In this document: positions 14,005 through 26,985 of the stretch, piece after piece
Layout of the letters: the number at the start of each line of letters is the position of its first letter
How positions within the stretch are numbered: the stretch's first letter is position 1
Origin: Eledone cirrhosa
Lineage: Eukaryota
Assembly: GCA_964016885.1 (NCBI GenBank)
Contig: OZ024743.1
Span: 283,836,001 to 283,900,000 of the forward strand
Length of the DNA: 64,000 nucleotides
Reading direction: 5' to 3'
Position numbers and translations under genes: made by a program
Notes under the pieces: model-generated
The model's database searches: none
The model's input: only the letters and a program-made list of their open reading frames with translations
What the model was told of the DNA's origin: nothing

Positions 14005-14650
14005 ACATATCATTTTATGTCTACTTTTCCATGCTTACATGGGTTGGATGGGTCTTCACCAGTACAGTATCCCTCTATTTGTTGCACTCCTTCATTATCT
14101 CTTCCTTGGTTTCACTCCACTGCAGCTTTCTTCCTCTAGGATTTCTCAGCACTTCTTCACCACATGTCTATACTAGCACAGTCTTATCTCCTGCACACTA
14201 CATCTGATTCCATTTATACCCAGCTTTTTTCTCATCTCATCCATGCTTTGTCATTCACATATATTAACATTGCACATCCATCTGAGTATGCTCACTTCAT
14301 TTCTCTCCAACCTTTACATATTCACTGCCCATTGCTCTTTACACACAGACATCATACAATTGCCTTTACATTCGTAGACTGAAACTTTTTGTTATCAACA
14401 GAGGTAGTAGCTCTCTGAACTTTTTTTCATACTGTTCTAGTTATTATGCTCTCAGAGCAACCTCCACCACTGCTAATTAGACCACCTAAGTGGCAGAAGC
14501 TATCAACTGCTTCTATGAATTCTTGCTAGTAATAGAAAAAGTTTATTTCACTGATGGTTTTACTACCAACTGTCCCTGTACATTTACCACATAGAAAATC
14601 TACCTTTTTTTGTTAGTCTGCTTGCTATTCCACTATATCTCTTGTATGCC
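14005..14650 (-). pseudogene. Old RTE 3' fragment
   Basis: Reverse complement resembles the RTE 3' end (ccatgcttacatgggttggatggg) and the VDSFCHLGG.ISSGGGCSES region. Confidence 0.7.
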
Positions 14651-15550
14651 CATGATTTAGTTAGTTGAAATAAAGAAATATATATCTTAAATTTTTTTTT
14701 ATGTTTTTTTTTTTATCTCTAAAGCTGCATCGGATCTTATGTATATATACAATTAATTTTTATATGGTCTAAATTACGATGAATTTGTTCTATCTATCTT
14801 TGGATTGCTATTGAAATTTGTGGTTTGTTGTTATCCAAAGATAGATAAATCTGTCATAGATAGATATATAGACAGGTAGGTAGATAGATAGACAGATAGA
14901 TACATGGGCAGATAAATAGACTTAGGTACATACATAGATAGTTAGATAGATGTTTTTATTGTCCTACGATAGATAAAGATAGCAGCAGTTGATCACTGAC
15001 CTGCTTGTAAACACTAAGTAGGGAAGAAGAACAAAATTGACCCTTGCGTTTTCTTGTAATGTGTAAATCCAATTACTACTTAACTACAATTATACCTTTT
15101 CTGACTAAGGCAAACTAAGAATCCCAACATTTTCAGATATAAGTACAGTCTCTAATTCCTATGCATGTGGGAAGTCACTGTATCTCAGTGGATTCAATAT
15201 ATTCATCATCTTGGTCAAGGGATACTTTGAGCAAGACTTATAACTGTACCTGATATATTCTCAGAACCCTAAAGTACTACTGAACTGAATCAGACTTGAA
15301 GAATTAGATTGGTCTTTGTTGACCTGGAGAAGGCCTTTGACAGGCTTCCACACTCCGTAATTTAATGCACACTAAGGAATCTAAGGGTAAATGTAAGCAA
15401 AATGTAGAATCAAAAGGCCACACTCACAACACACATACACACGCTACATATAAAAGACTACACAATAATTTCTGTGTCTATATTTCTATTGTACTTTAGT
15501 TTATTGCTCTTAAACAACTTTATTTCTTTTCCAACCTATTTTTCTCTCAG

Positions 15551-15730
15551 TTATTTGATAAAGACAACCATCTCAATAAAGAAGCCATCAACTATATATT
15601 CAGTACAGAAGGCCATGTTTTCCCAATCAACAGTAGATTCAGGACAAAAAAATACAAAGATTACCCACAACATACACGTTTAAAACCTTCAGTTTCAGTT
15701 GTAGATTCAGTCCCTAAAAACCACTCTCAG
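15551..15730 (+). CDS. EDEM1: EDEM1-like exon (LFD...FSTEGH)
   Basis: Acceptor tttctctcag; LFDKDNHLNKEAINYIFSTEGHVFPINSRF...NHSQ with the GH47 TEGH motif; GTGAGT donor at 15731; 180 nt, phase 0. Not in the ORF track in this frame. Confidence 0.93.
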
Positions 15731-15894
15731 GTGAGTCCTTTTTTCTTTTGTTTTTGTTAGTATTTTATTTGTTGTATTATGTATATCATGAGTATGCATG
15801 TATGAATAGGGAAATATATTGTGGTCATCAACTTTGTACCATTATATAAATGAGCTGTGTCAATCACAATTTTTGTTTATATTATTATTATTAT

Positions 15895-16020
15895 AAGTCA
15901 ACTTTGCCTTTCATCCTTGCAAAAGTCAATAAAATAAAGTACTGGTCAGGTACTGGGGTTAATATAATCTACTTTCCCCGTCCCCCAAATTTCTGGCTTT
16001 GTACCAATGTTAGAAAGAAT
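15895..16020 (+). mobile_element. SINE 3' fragment (family of 26533-26745)
   Basis: aactttgcctttcatcct...aataaaataaagtac..gtc.ggtactgggg...cccccaaatt shared with 26533-26745. Confidence 0.7.
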
Positions 16021-17129
16021 TATTCTAGATAGCCTTCAGCTACTATCACTTGGTAGTTTGGGAAGTAGAGGAAAATGGATCTTGAGAAATTAATAGTCAT
16101 GAAATTAATTGGTTTGATCATCATTGCAAGCTACCTAAAAAGTCTTGTTGATGTTTATTTTCACAAGACTAAATACATTGGAATATCATCATAATTTCAC
16201 GTTTTCCCAGCTAGTAAGGATTGGACTGGTCATCACATACTAAGTCAGTAATCAAATAAGCTACTGACCTATCTGAGGGATTGGGGCCTACATCTCACTT
16301 ACATAGGTTCCTGCACTCTACTGAGAGCTCAGTTGGACTAGGGGTTCATATCTTGCTTATATGTTTCTACATTCACCAGCACTTGAGGGGTTATCATGTT
16401 TTTGGCACAACTGAAGAGCCTTTCTGACTCTTTGTTTGGCAAGTTTTATATGTCTGGATGCTGTTCCCATCACCAACACCTTTACAGAGTATACTGGGAG
16501 CATTTATTGTGTAGATCAGCAACACTAGAGAGATTTCTGTACCATTGACACAATTGAAGGGTTCTTTCATCCCTTTTTTTGGCATAGTTTCTACAGTGGG
16601 ATAACCTTCTATCACCAAACACCTTACAAGTTGCACTGGGTGCATTTTTCATATGAGTTCTAGGGAGGTTGTTGGTCATTGGTTCAACTGAAGAGCCTTC
16701 TCTACCCTATGGAGAGGAAATAGGATTTTTTAAAAAAACCCATGCTGTATAGCTACTGTTGAGCCATTTTTACAGTGCAGTTTTTGCTGTGTTAGACATG
16801 AGAGATTGCCAAAAAGGATTATTGTAGATTTGTAGTGGCATTTAGGTTTTTAACTGTGAACTGTTTAAGAATAGAAGGGTGGAATTCAATATTGTTTCCT
16901 TCTTATGTGCAGTGATATATATATATAGCAAAGGTAAAAATATAAATAACTCAAATTTATGTGAAGAATTATATATGGTATTTATTTAAGATTGTTTTTT
17001 ACACTTAAACGAATTACGCATAAGATCCTTTCGGTAATTCTATGTATAATGTTAGTTTTCATAATGCTCTGGAAACATATATAAAGAATTTAAAATGATT
17101 TTAAAACTAATTTTTCCATATATGTAAAA

Positions 17130-17320
17130 TATGTAGATTCCTGAGTTGTGTCGGTGGGGTAACCACAGTTTAAAAAAGTACTCAGTACATTGGTAGAGTA
17201 TAGGTATCTTTATTATATATATAGAAAAGACTTCTTTAGGACTATAATTGTTTCATTCCTCATGATTTTATATGAATGAAACAGTTCTAGTCCTGTAGAA
17301 GTAATTTCTGTATATAATAG
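17130..17320. repeat. Foldback repeat truncated by an RTE insertion; related copy at ~5740-5880
   Basis: 17211-17258 pairs with 17274-17319; the left arm 17130-17258 is the reverse complement of 5757-5880. Confidence 0.7.
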
Positions 17321-19782
17321 AGACATTCAATGTAGAAGAGCACTGGGAGTTCCTAAAAAATAACTTACTAGAGGCGACGGATGAGGTCTGTGGCTGGAGT
17401 AAGACCACAAGCAGGAGGAGAGTGACTTGGTGGTGGAACAATATGGTAGATGAGGCAGTTAAGGCCAAGAGACAGGCATGGAAAGAATGGAAGAACGGGG
17501 GGAGCAGGGTACATTACATAGAGACCAAGAGGGAAGCTAGGCGACAAGTATACTTAGCTAGGAGGGAAGCAGAGGATAGAAAATTCAAGCATGTTTTGCA
17601 ACGTGAGGACCAGAAACAGGAGGTGTTCAAGATTGCGAGGCAGTGTGTCAGAGAGATTGTGATGTCATTGGAGAGAAGTGTATCCGGAATGATAAAGGTG
17701 AGCTTGCCCTCACAAGTGCTGAGAAGAAAGATGCATGGAAGAGTCATTATGATAGATTACTAAATGAGGAGAATGCATGGGAAGAAAAGACCCTACCCCA
17801 AGTAGACCCTATAGAGGGGCCAGCAGTACAAGTCAGCAGCAGCGTAGTAAGTAAGGCAATCAAAGATATGAAGATGGGGAAGGCAACCGGTCCATCGGGT
17901 ATAGCTGCCGAGATGCTGAAGGCATCTGGGTCCATAGGTCACACTATAACCACACGTATTGTTAACCAGGTAATACTAGGTGGTGTCATACCAAAAGATT
18001 GGTGCAGTAGCATCATTGTCAACTGCTATAAACGTAAAGGTGATGCACTAGATAGAGGAAACTATAGAGGTATAAAGCTGATGGACCAGGTCATGAAAGT
18101 AACAGAAAGAGTTATAGCACAGTTGATTAGGGACGGGGTGAAACTAGATGAGATGCAATTTGGGTTTGTACCAGGAAGAGGCACCACTGATGCCCTCTTC
18201 CTTGTGAGGCAGTTACAGGAAAAGTACCTAGCTAAAAGTAAGCCACTCTACCTGGCATTCGTCGATCTTGAGAAAGCCTTTGACACAGTTCCACGTGCTG
18301 TAATCTGGTGGGCTCTTAGAAAACTAGGAGTAGATGAATGGCTTGTGAAAGCGGTACAAGCCATGTATAGGGGAGCAGTCAGCAAAGTTAGGATTAGCAA
18401 TGAGTATAGCGAGGAATTTAGCGTACAGGTTGGGGTCCACCAGGGCTCTGTTCTTAGCCCCCTCCTGTTCATCATAGTTCTGCAGGCAATAACGGAGGAG
18501 TTTAAGACCGGATGCCCATGGGAACTCCTGTATGCTGATGACCTCGCACTTATAGCTGAATCTATGGTAGAACTAGAGAAGAAATTCCAAACTTGGAAGC
18601 AGGGACTAGAAAGAAAGGGTCTCAAAGTCAACATGACAAAGATTAAGGTCCTTGTAAGTAGACGAGAAGACAGAACCCAGATCCCCTCAGGGAAATGGCC
18701 TTGCTCAGTATGTAGGAAAGGTGTAGGTAGGAACTCCATTCTCTGCCCCAAATGCAAACAATGGGTACACAAGAGATGTAGCGGGATCTCAGGAAGCTTA
18801 ATTAAGAATGTAGGCTTCACATGCAGCAGCTGTGCTGGGACAGCAAGCAGCAAACAGCCACAAGAAACAAGTACCACCAATCTCTGGGAGGGCTCTGTAG
18901 AAACAGTAGACAGCTTCTGCTACCTAGGTGACCGAATTAGCAGCGGAGGTGGGTGTTCAGAAAGTACAATAACTAGGGTAAGAACGGGATGGAAGAAGTT
19001 TAGGGAACTACTACCACTGCTAGCTGCAAAAGGCTTCTCCCTCAAAATGAAAGGCAGACTGTATGATGCGTGTATCCGAACAGCGATGTTACATGGTAGT
19101 GAGACCTGGGCACTGAAGGTGGAAGACTTACGTAGATTAGAGAGAAACGAAGCCTGCATGCTCCGATGGATGTGTAATAGTAATATACGTGAACGACAAA
19201 GCATAAATGAATTGAGAGAGAGACTGAGCATAAGAGGAATCAAATGCTGTGTGCAGGAGAGGCGGTTGCGTTGGTATGGACATGTGAAGGACGACAGCTG
19301 CATAAAAAGGTGCAGAGCACTAGAAGTCGATGGAAACCGCGGAGTGGGGAGACCCAAGATGACCTGGGATGAGGTGATAAAAGCCGACCTTACCCAATTA
19401 CACCTCTCAAAGGCGATGACACACAACCGTGACCTCTGGCGTCACACAGTAATACAGAGTACCCGACCTCCCATGGGTACAAGCTGAAGCATATAGACAA
19501 TATGCCCCCACACCCCCACTGCAAGGTGGTCGTGGAGGTGCCACGGCAAAAAAGCACCCAGCCCACACTGTAAAGTGGACGTGTAGGCGCCACGAAAAAG
19601 CACCCAGCACTCACTGTAAATGAGGTTGGTGTTAGGAAGGGCATCCAGCTGTAGAAATCAAGACAAATCAGTTCCTGTATGAGCAAGGTATGGTCAGCCG
19701 ACCAGACACTGCCCACAACAGGACAACCCGTCTAACCCATGCTAGCGTGGAAGAAAGGACGTAAAACGGTGATGATGATGAT
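17321..19782 (+). mobile_element. 5'-truncated RTE-PHD LINE (divergent subfamily); RT ORF 17643-19487
   Basis: AFVDLEKAFD, QGSVLSPLLF, LYADDL, C4HC3 insert, RLRWYGHV, GRPKMTW; frameshift near 17650; 3' stem-loop and (GAT)n tail. Confidence 0.95.
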
Positions 19783-20351
19783 ATATATAAATTAAAAGTT
19801 AATTAGTGTGTAATACGTAAACATCTCAATGAGAGGAATCTCTCAGAGAAACACATATATCAAAATTAAGCGAGAAAAAACTCGAAACAGGATAGACAAA
19901 AAAATTATTCTATCTAAACTCGCTTATATATATAGATCTCCCTACCATGGTTTCATATAGGGAAGAATTCTTATTGGAACCACCAATAATTGAAGAATCT
20001 GCCATACTTTTCAGGGGAGTTTATTTTTCAAGAGCTAAGATATAATACATACTGTTTCATTTGCTGAGGCAGCATGGTGGAATAAAAACACGCATAGTGT
20101 TTTGTTATCAAAATCCCCTAGCATATTAGGATTACTTGACAGGCTTATAATGTCGCTAGAAATAGCAGCCAAAAGACTCTGGTACAGCTCGACAAATTAA
20201 CGAGCAGTTTAATATTAATTAAATGCTAATTACTCTGTAATACTTAGCTATCTCAGTGAGCGGAATCTCTCATATATATATATATATATATATTTCTATA
20301 TATGTATAGAAATATTCCAACAATATATTTAAACCTTTATTTTTGTTTCAG

Positions 20352-20450
20352 TGTAACAACATTCCTGTTGAATTAAGGTACTTCCTTCCTGTGAAGAGTG
20401 TCTATTTGGAACAGATTGAACAAGTTGTTGGATTACAGGACTCTTTATGA
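20352..20450 (+). CDS. EDEM1: EDEM1-like terminal coding exon
   Basis: Acceptor ttttgtttcag; CNNIPVELRYFLPVKSVYLEQIEQVVGLQDSL*, resembling the recalled EDEM1 C-terminus (CNRVP..RRY.LPLKSIYM.QIDQMVGL), which favours EDEM1 over EDEM2/3. Confidence 0.88.
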   Translation, partial: CNNIPVELRYFLPVKSVYLEQIEQVVGLQDSL

Positions 20451-20879
20451 AGATGCCTCTCTCTTTTTCTCTCTCTCTCTCATTTTCTCATTCCCTCTCT
20501 GTAATTATCTATCTTTCTAAATATCTATCTTATTTGTTTCTCTCTAAGAAAAAAACTGCTTTATCCTCTTATTGTATGCAAGAAGTTTGTCATGGAATGA
20601 AATTAAAGATCTCACCTATCATCTGTCAGTTCATTGTTAACATATTCAGTGTGGCCATGTTTCAACTGCTGAAAAGAATTCCTCCTTTTTCTTCATCACA
20701 GTTACCATTTCATCTCGCTCCATAATAATTCACTAGATAATCTACCTGCTGGTATCTTCCCTAATTGCAGATATTCTGAAATGTCACTATCGAAAACTGC
20801 TAATATCTTTACTACATACCTATTCTGCTGTTCACTTTTTAATCAAAAAGAAATTCTCCTCTTGAATCTAAGGGTTTAT

Positions 20880-21060
20880 AGGGTAGCAAATTGGTTGATG
20901 CGTTAAAGTGTAGGACAAAATGCCTTGTAGTAGAATTTTCCAGCTCTCTGAGCTCTGAGTTCAAATCTTACCAGGATTAACTTTACCTTTCAACCTTTCT
21001 TGATCAATAAAATAAAGTACCAGTTCAGGGTGGTGGGTTGATGGAATTGTTACCACACCA
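20880..21060 (+). mobile_element. Degenerate tRNA-derived SINE
   Basis: B-box-like GAGTTCAAATC followed by ttaactttacctttca...aataaaataaagtaccagt, as at 26533. Confidence 0.65.
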
Positions 21061-22419
21061 GACGAAATGCTTAGTGATATTTATTCCAGCTTTTTACGTT
21101 CTGAATTCAAAATCAGCTGTGGCCTACTAGGGTGGTAAACTTAACAGTACCACCTGGATTCTTGGGTGCCTTTAGCAGAGTCCATTCTGTTGCAGACATT
21201 CAGACTGGGTCTCCAGTTTGGCAATACCTGGAAAGGGTTGCATGTTCTACTGTTCCATCTTTGACTAAACTGTAAGGAAAAAGAATACACAATTTAAACT
21301 GATATTCTTTGTATATAAAATGGCTCCTTCAGATATTGAAGCTTTTCTCCATTTTACCTTCTAAGATTAGATAATTTTTGTTTAAACATTAAAATACTTA
21401 CTTATTTAATCTTGAAATGCATATCTGTACAGATAGAGTACAGGATTAACTAAGACTGCATGAATATGTATATATATATATATATATATACATGGAAACA
21501 TGTCATATTTTTATATTTCCCTGTAGATTGAAAAAGACAATGAACAACCTTAACCTTTATATTTATATTTCTAATGAAAGATACTGCCTATGAATTTCAA
21601 ATAGAGTGATTTAGTAATATAACTAACTTTCTTATTATCAAGTTGTTACTTGGAACATAGCTTCTTAAAATTTCTTTTGTAAAATTATGATGGAAGGTTT
21701 TTTAGGTAAATATACAATTTTATATTATATAACCATGGGCAGTTTCAAATATTTTGGTATCAAAATGGTTAATTGATTTGATACTCATTGGGTTCTCATC
21801 AGATGTATCTACATCATTGATCAACTACAAAAAAATATGCAACTTATAACTTTATAAAACCTACCCATATAACATTTACATGTCTGCATATTCAATGTGT
21901 ATATTTATATACACCTTCACATAATCTTGGTTAATCCTGAACAGATATGTATTTACTATATATTTTAGTTGCTTAATGTAAAATATAATATGTAATTTAA
22001 TCGTTATCTAGAAAATGTATAGAAACAGTTAAAGTAGAAGCTGTTAATTACAAGTCCATATTTATTAACTAGGTGATATCTAGCAAGTTTCATCTTTATA
22101 AAGTCTGTTGGTGACACAAAACATATTCTATTACTTAGTAGTATTTTTATTTTTTTAAATGTCTATATAAAATTGTTCTGTTAAAAAATTATCAACCCTA
22201 TCATTGATATTTTTAAAAGAAATGAATAATAATGACATCATATGCATTTTGTGAAGGGAAGCACTTGATTTAAGTGAAGTCAACCATAGGTAGGATTTGA
22301 ACTTGGAAGATAAAGGGACATAACTAAATTTCACAAAAATGACCAAATTTACCTTACTGTGGTGAAAAAATATGTTTTAGCACAGGGTCTCAGATTCACT
22401 CACTTGCCAAATATACACT

Positions 22420-22720
22420 TTCTTTTCTTTGCCCACTTATTCCCGAGAAGGCTGTGGGGCAGAGCCCTCAAACACTCCTTCCAGGGGGTCCTGTCAGAAG
22501 CAACTATCTCCAACTTTTCTGGCTGGATCCCCAAGTGAGACCAGCCAATGGATGTTATCCAACTATTTTGCTTGGGGTCTACCCTTGGGTCTCCTACCGG
22601 TTGGTTTTGCCTGTAAAATTTGTCCTGTGATTCTTTTCTGAGACATTCTAACCACATGCCCTTAGTATTGCAGCTGTGATCTCTCAATTAGGAAAGTAGC
22701 AACTCTCTGATCTCCGAAGT
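22420..22720 (-). pseudogene. RTE 3' fragment (family of 6310-7660)
   Basis: Homologous to 6310-6570 (gcccacttattcc...ggatgttatccaac...ggttttgcctgtaaaat...gctgtgatctctcaatt). Confidence 0.7.
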
Positions 22721-23975
22721 TCTGTTCTAGCAATGGACTCTCTATTATGAATACCTTCCAGCACAGAGAAATATACTCAAGAAAGAAAATAATGTGTTAA
22801 TATTAAACAATATATTGATTTTTAGAATTTGCCAATCAGAATTTTAGTTATCTTAATTTGGAATAATGTTGTTTGAATTATTGCTATTGAGCATTTTTGG
22901 GACATAAATATTAGGCATTTATCTAATGAGCTCTCCCTCTCTATACTGTTTGCTCTCTACTTTTATCTTCCACACAATCTCTATCATACATCACTGTTAA
23001 GATGCTTCTTTTATTTTAGTATCAACACAAAAGCTACAAAACCAGAGAAATAGATTTATATACATAGCTGATTAGCAAATTCTGTAAATTTTTTCTTATT
23101 GCATCCTTCACACTAGAAAGGCATTTCAAATTTAGTGGGGTTCCTCCCTCCCATTATTCATTAAGTCTGTTACAGAATTAGCTGGTTATCTATGACTTGT
23201 GATCTTCCCTTGGTTATTGAAAAACTATTTATGAATATTGTAAAGGATTTTATTGAACCTTACAGTCAATAACCATTTGTCTGTTCTGTAATTTCAATTG
23301 ATTTTCATTTTGAAAACCCTTTAAAGCTTATTTCTAGTGTGATATTATTGTTTGTTTAAGTTAATGGAATGGGGCTAAAATCACATAGCTATTTAACCAA
23401 GCTTCTGTTTATCCCTTAAATGAGGTTTAAAAGATTCCACTTTTTCCAATAAGACAAAAAAACAAAAAACAAAAAAGCTGTTCAACTGAATTTTTTATTG
23501 TGTTCTGTTGTTTTTATATATATATATTTTTCCCTTTTCTCAAACACATTTGCAATATGTCTTCCTGACCAATGATTCCTATTAAAATTTTAAAGAAAGA
23601 AAAGTAATTATTTTCAAGTACACTCTTGAATTAAATGTTACAATGGATGGATTTATTTTTATGCGCTTTTGTTTTTTTTAACACTGTATGTGTGTATATA
23701 TATATGTATATATATGTATATATATATTACTCATGAACACATGACAAATGACACATCACATCACAAATGCAATTATAAACACCAGAAGATACAATGATTA
23801 AGATTCTTAAGAAAATGACTTTCTCTATCACACTAATAAACTGGCACATGCATGTGCACATTTACATCTAGGAGAGTAGACAGACAAATTCACAAAGTAT
23901 GTACATGTTCCACTTTATATACACACACCTCAGGGAAATATATAAAATTTACATATGTATATATGGGTGTGTGTG

Positions 23976-24006
<31 letters not shown>

Positions 24007-24529
24007 ATATGTGTATATATTTATATACCTAAACAAGGTCATCAGGTCTGACTTGTCTCACAATTGGACAACTCGTCTAACCCATGCTAGTTTGGAAAAA
24101 TTGATGTTAAACTGTGATGATGATATATATATGTAATATTTTTTATTATGGCTATGTGATGTTACTCTGTAATTTCACCTGTGTACTCACAGGATCATCA
24201 ATCAAGACTGAATGTTCAATGTCAGACAGTATAAATAGGGATGGACCCAGCAGAGAGAGGAGTTGGGTGGATGGGTATGTAGGGAGGATGGCTTTTAAGA
24301 GAAGTGTGGACAGTAATAGAAATAATATGAGGAAGAAGACAAAGAGGAAGTCAAGGCAAGCAGAAAAATAACATTTTTTCTCTGTTATCCCATGATCTTT
24401 GCTTTTTCTCTTTTCTCATATTCTCTATTACTTGCCACATATCCCTTAAAAGCTACTCTCCTCCTTTCTCTATTCATACTGTCTGTCACTGAATATTCAG
24501 TCTTGTTTGATGATTCTGTGAAAGTCCTA

Positions 24530-25100
24530 GCTGGAGCTCAGCCGTTGGGGTCCTGACTCTTTTCCTATATATATATATATATATATATAATGTACATTCT
24601 CTGCTAATAATATATATATAGCAGCATCAGCAGAAAATGCCCCCCCCCCCCCCAAAAAAAAAACAGTTACATAAGTTGATTAGACAAATGCATCCATACT
24701 TCATCAGCTACTTGCATGAAATTGCACACCAGCAGGTGGCTGATTGGTAGAGATGTAGTTGCTTGTTTGTCTTATACATGTTTTTCTGTGTACATTCTCT
24801 ATTGTTACCAAATATATATATATATATGTGTGTGTGATGTACATTTTCTGCTGATACTATATATATATATTATTAGCAGAGAATGTACATTATATATATA
24901 TATATATATAGGAAAAGAGTCAGGACCCCGACGGCTGAGCTCCGGCTGTTTCGACCTAGCTGTCGAAACGGCCGGAGCTCAGCTGTTGGGGTCCTGACTC
25001 TCTTCCTATTACCCTCTCTACTACCCAGTACCGAGTACTTTGGTGTGTTTTGGTCCATCTGGTTACTGACCACACTTCTTTCGTTATATATATGTATATA
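24530..25100. repeat. Compound inverted repeat: arms ~24530-24640 and ~24840-24945, plus local hairpin 24910-25007
   Basis: GGAGCTCAGCCGTTGGGGTCCTGACTCTTTTCCTAT occurs three times (+,-,+); hairpin centred on GTTTCGAC-CTAGCT-GTCGAAAC. Confidence 0.85.
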
Positions 25101-25185
25101 ATGCTGTTTTCTGTTTATATTTACATACATATATGTACGCACACCTTTAAAATGTATTGAAACAATTGTACAATATATATATATA

Positions 25186-25762
25186 CAGTAATCCCCCGTT
25201 TACCGTGGGGGATACGTTCCAGAGCCATCCACGATATATAGAGGCCATAAAGACAACTGTTGTTTTCATAGTTTAAGCCTTAAAATACCTCTCCTACACG
25301 CTTTAAGTACATATAAACTCATTAAAACACACTTTTGTATTTACACACCAAAAACAGCCAGTACCACTAGTTATCTATGACGATCATTACCAGCCACGTT
25401 AGCCACTTGGTAATACACTGAACATCTCCCATCAATCTATGAAGGGTTTATAGTAGATGAAAGAAAAACAATTAGTAAAGCAGTAATGGAATGAAAAATA
25501 AAAACGTTTTTTTGTTAAAGCCTTAAGATGCCCCTTCCTTATGCTATACACTTCAATCACATCGGAACTTATTTAATATGTTTAAATTTTAAACACTTTT
25601 TATTCAGACGTACATACCACGATAAGAAAATATATATGTTCTAAGGAAAAATCCGTGATGGAGCAAGGATTACTGTGATAGGAAATTAGATACGTTACAA
25701 AGAAAAATCCGAGATGTAGTGGGACTGTGAAAAGTGAACTGCGATATAGTGGGGGATTACTG
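25186..25762. mobile_element. Tigger/pogo-like non-autonomous DNA transposon (TA TSD)
   Basis: TA|CAGTAATCCCCC...GGGGGATTACTG|TA; nested within an outer inverted repeat (25141-25170 / 25847-25885). Confidence 0.75.
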
Positions 25763-26269
25763 TATATATAGCGTGGAAAATGGACGTTAAACGATGATGA
25801 TGATGATATATGAAAATTTATTAAGAATGAATATACCTTACAATCATACAATTGTTTCAATACATTGGTATTTTTTTAAAGGTGTATGTGTGTGACTGTC
25901 TGCTTGCTTTCTTTTGTAGGTAAAAAAAAATGCAATATCTTTAAAATCTTCAGGAAAAAAAATTTATCAATGGAAATAAATGAATATTTAAAATAATTAA
26001 ATGTTTGTATTATTTGTATTTTACATGCATCGTTTAGATACAGAAACAGACTTAGCTAAGTTGATATATCTGTCAACTGCTTAAGTGTAAACAGTTCAAA
26101 TCCGATCATTGGAAATTCATTGTTTTTGATCAAGGTACTCAAGCTCATCAACCGAACTGGTTGTTTTTGTGTCTTTCAAATAATTATTTTGTTTTTCATT
26201 GCTAATTATGTCAGGAAGTAGATCTGCACAACTGTTATCTTGGTATGACTCTTAAACCTCACTGATGAT

Positions 26270-26970
26270 CTGGTCATTCACTGACCACTAGCCCATTAAT
26301 GCTCTTATTGCATCCCCACTCAAGATTATGCCAACTCCTCAGCTATGATGTTTCTTCATGGCTAGAGTATAAGACTACCTTATCTCCACAGCTGATGTGC
26401 CCAAAGTGTCTCATTGATTCCCAAGATGTCTCTGCAGTAGGTGACCAGCTCTCATGTCACCTGCTTCAACTGTTTGCTTTAAAACAGTGTATAGTCATTC
26501 CAGGTGGCCACTTTTGTAGCATTCTTGTCATTAGGGCGGTGGATTGGCAGTATCAGTAGGTGGTCGGACGCCATGCTTTGCAGCATAGAGTTACGGCCGT
26601 TTATGATCTGAGTTCAAATCCCGCCAAAGTTAACTTTGCCTTTCATCCTTATGGGGTCGATAAAATAAAGTACCAGTCATGCACTGGGGTCGATTTAATC
26701 GATTTCCCCTCCCCCCAAATTGCTGGCCTTGTGCCTATATAAGAAGCCATTGAAAATTGAGTTTGTTGAGAGCTGTGTATCTTTTTGGCCCTGACATGAT
26801 CCCTCATCAATACAGCAGTAGATGAGCCATCTCTTTGTTGCCTGGTGAATAAATGGTTGAATCTACATTTGGTTACTGAAAGCAAGGTTGTGAGCTTTAC
26901 ACTCCACCTCTCCTCATTTCTCAACACAGGCTGGATACCACTCAGAATTCCAAAGTCAAGGTAGGGGTAA
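26270..26970 (-). pseudogene. Old RTE 5' region (APE endonuclease remnant) interrupted by a SINE
   Basis: Minus strand gives broken KVATWN, DILGINETLW, GVGIILS and VNDQII endonuclease motifs. Confidence 0.6.
26533..26745 (+). mobile_element. tRNA-derived SINE, near full length
   Basis: GGGCGGTGGATTGGCAG A-box-like head, GAGTTCAAATCCC B box, conserved body shared with copies at 15895 and 20880. Confidence 0.75.
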
Positions 26971-26985
26971 TCCATAAACCTATGA

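Noticed and set aside
18248-19426. Antisense ORFs over RTE and CR1-like copies
   Set aside because: Shadow frames of RT ORFs; they recur only because the elements are repeated.
21770-21805. CTGATGA on the minus strand (also CTGAAGA at ~32625 and CTGATGA at ~24700)
   Set aside because: No properly placed GAAA or helices; not callable as hammerheads.
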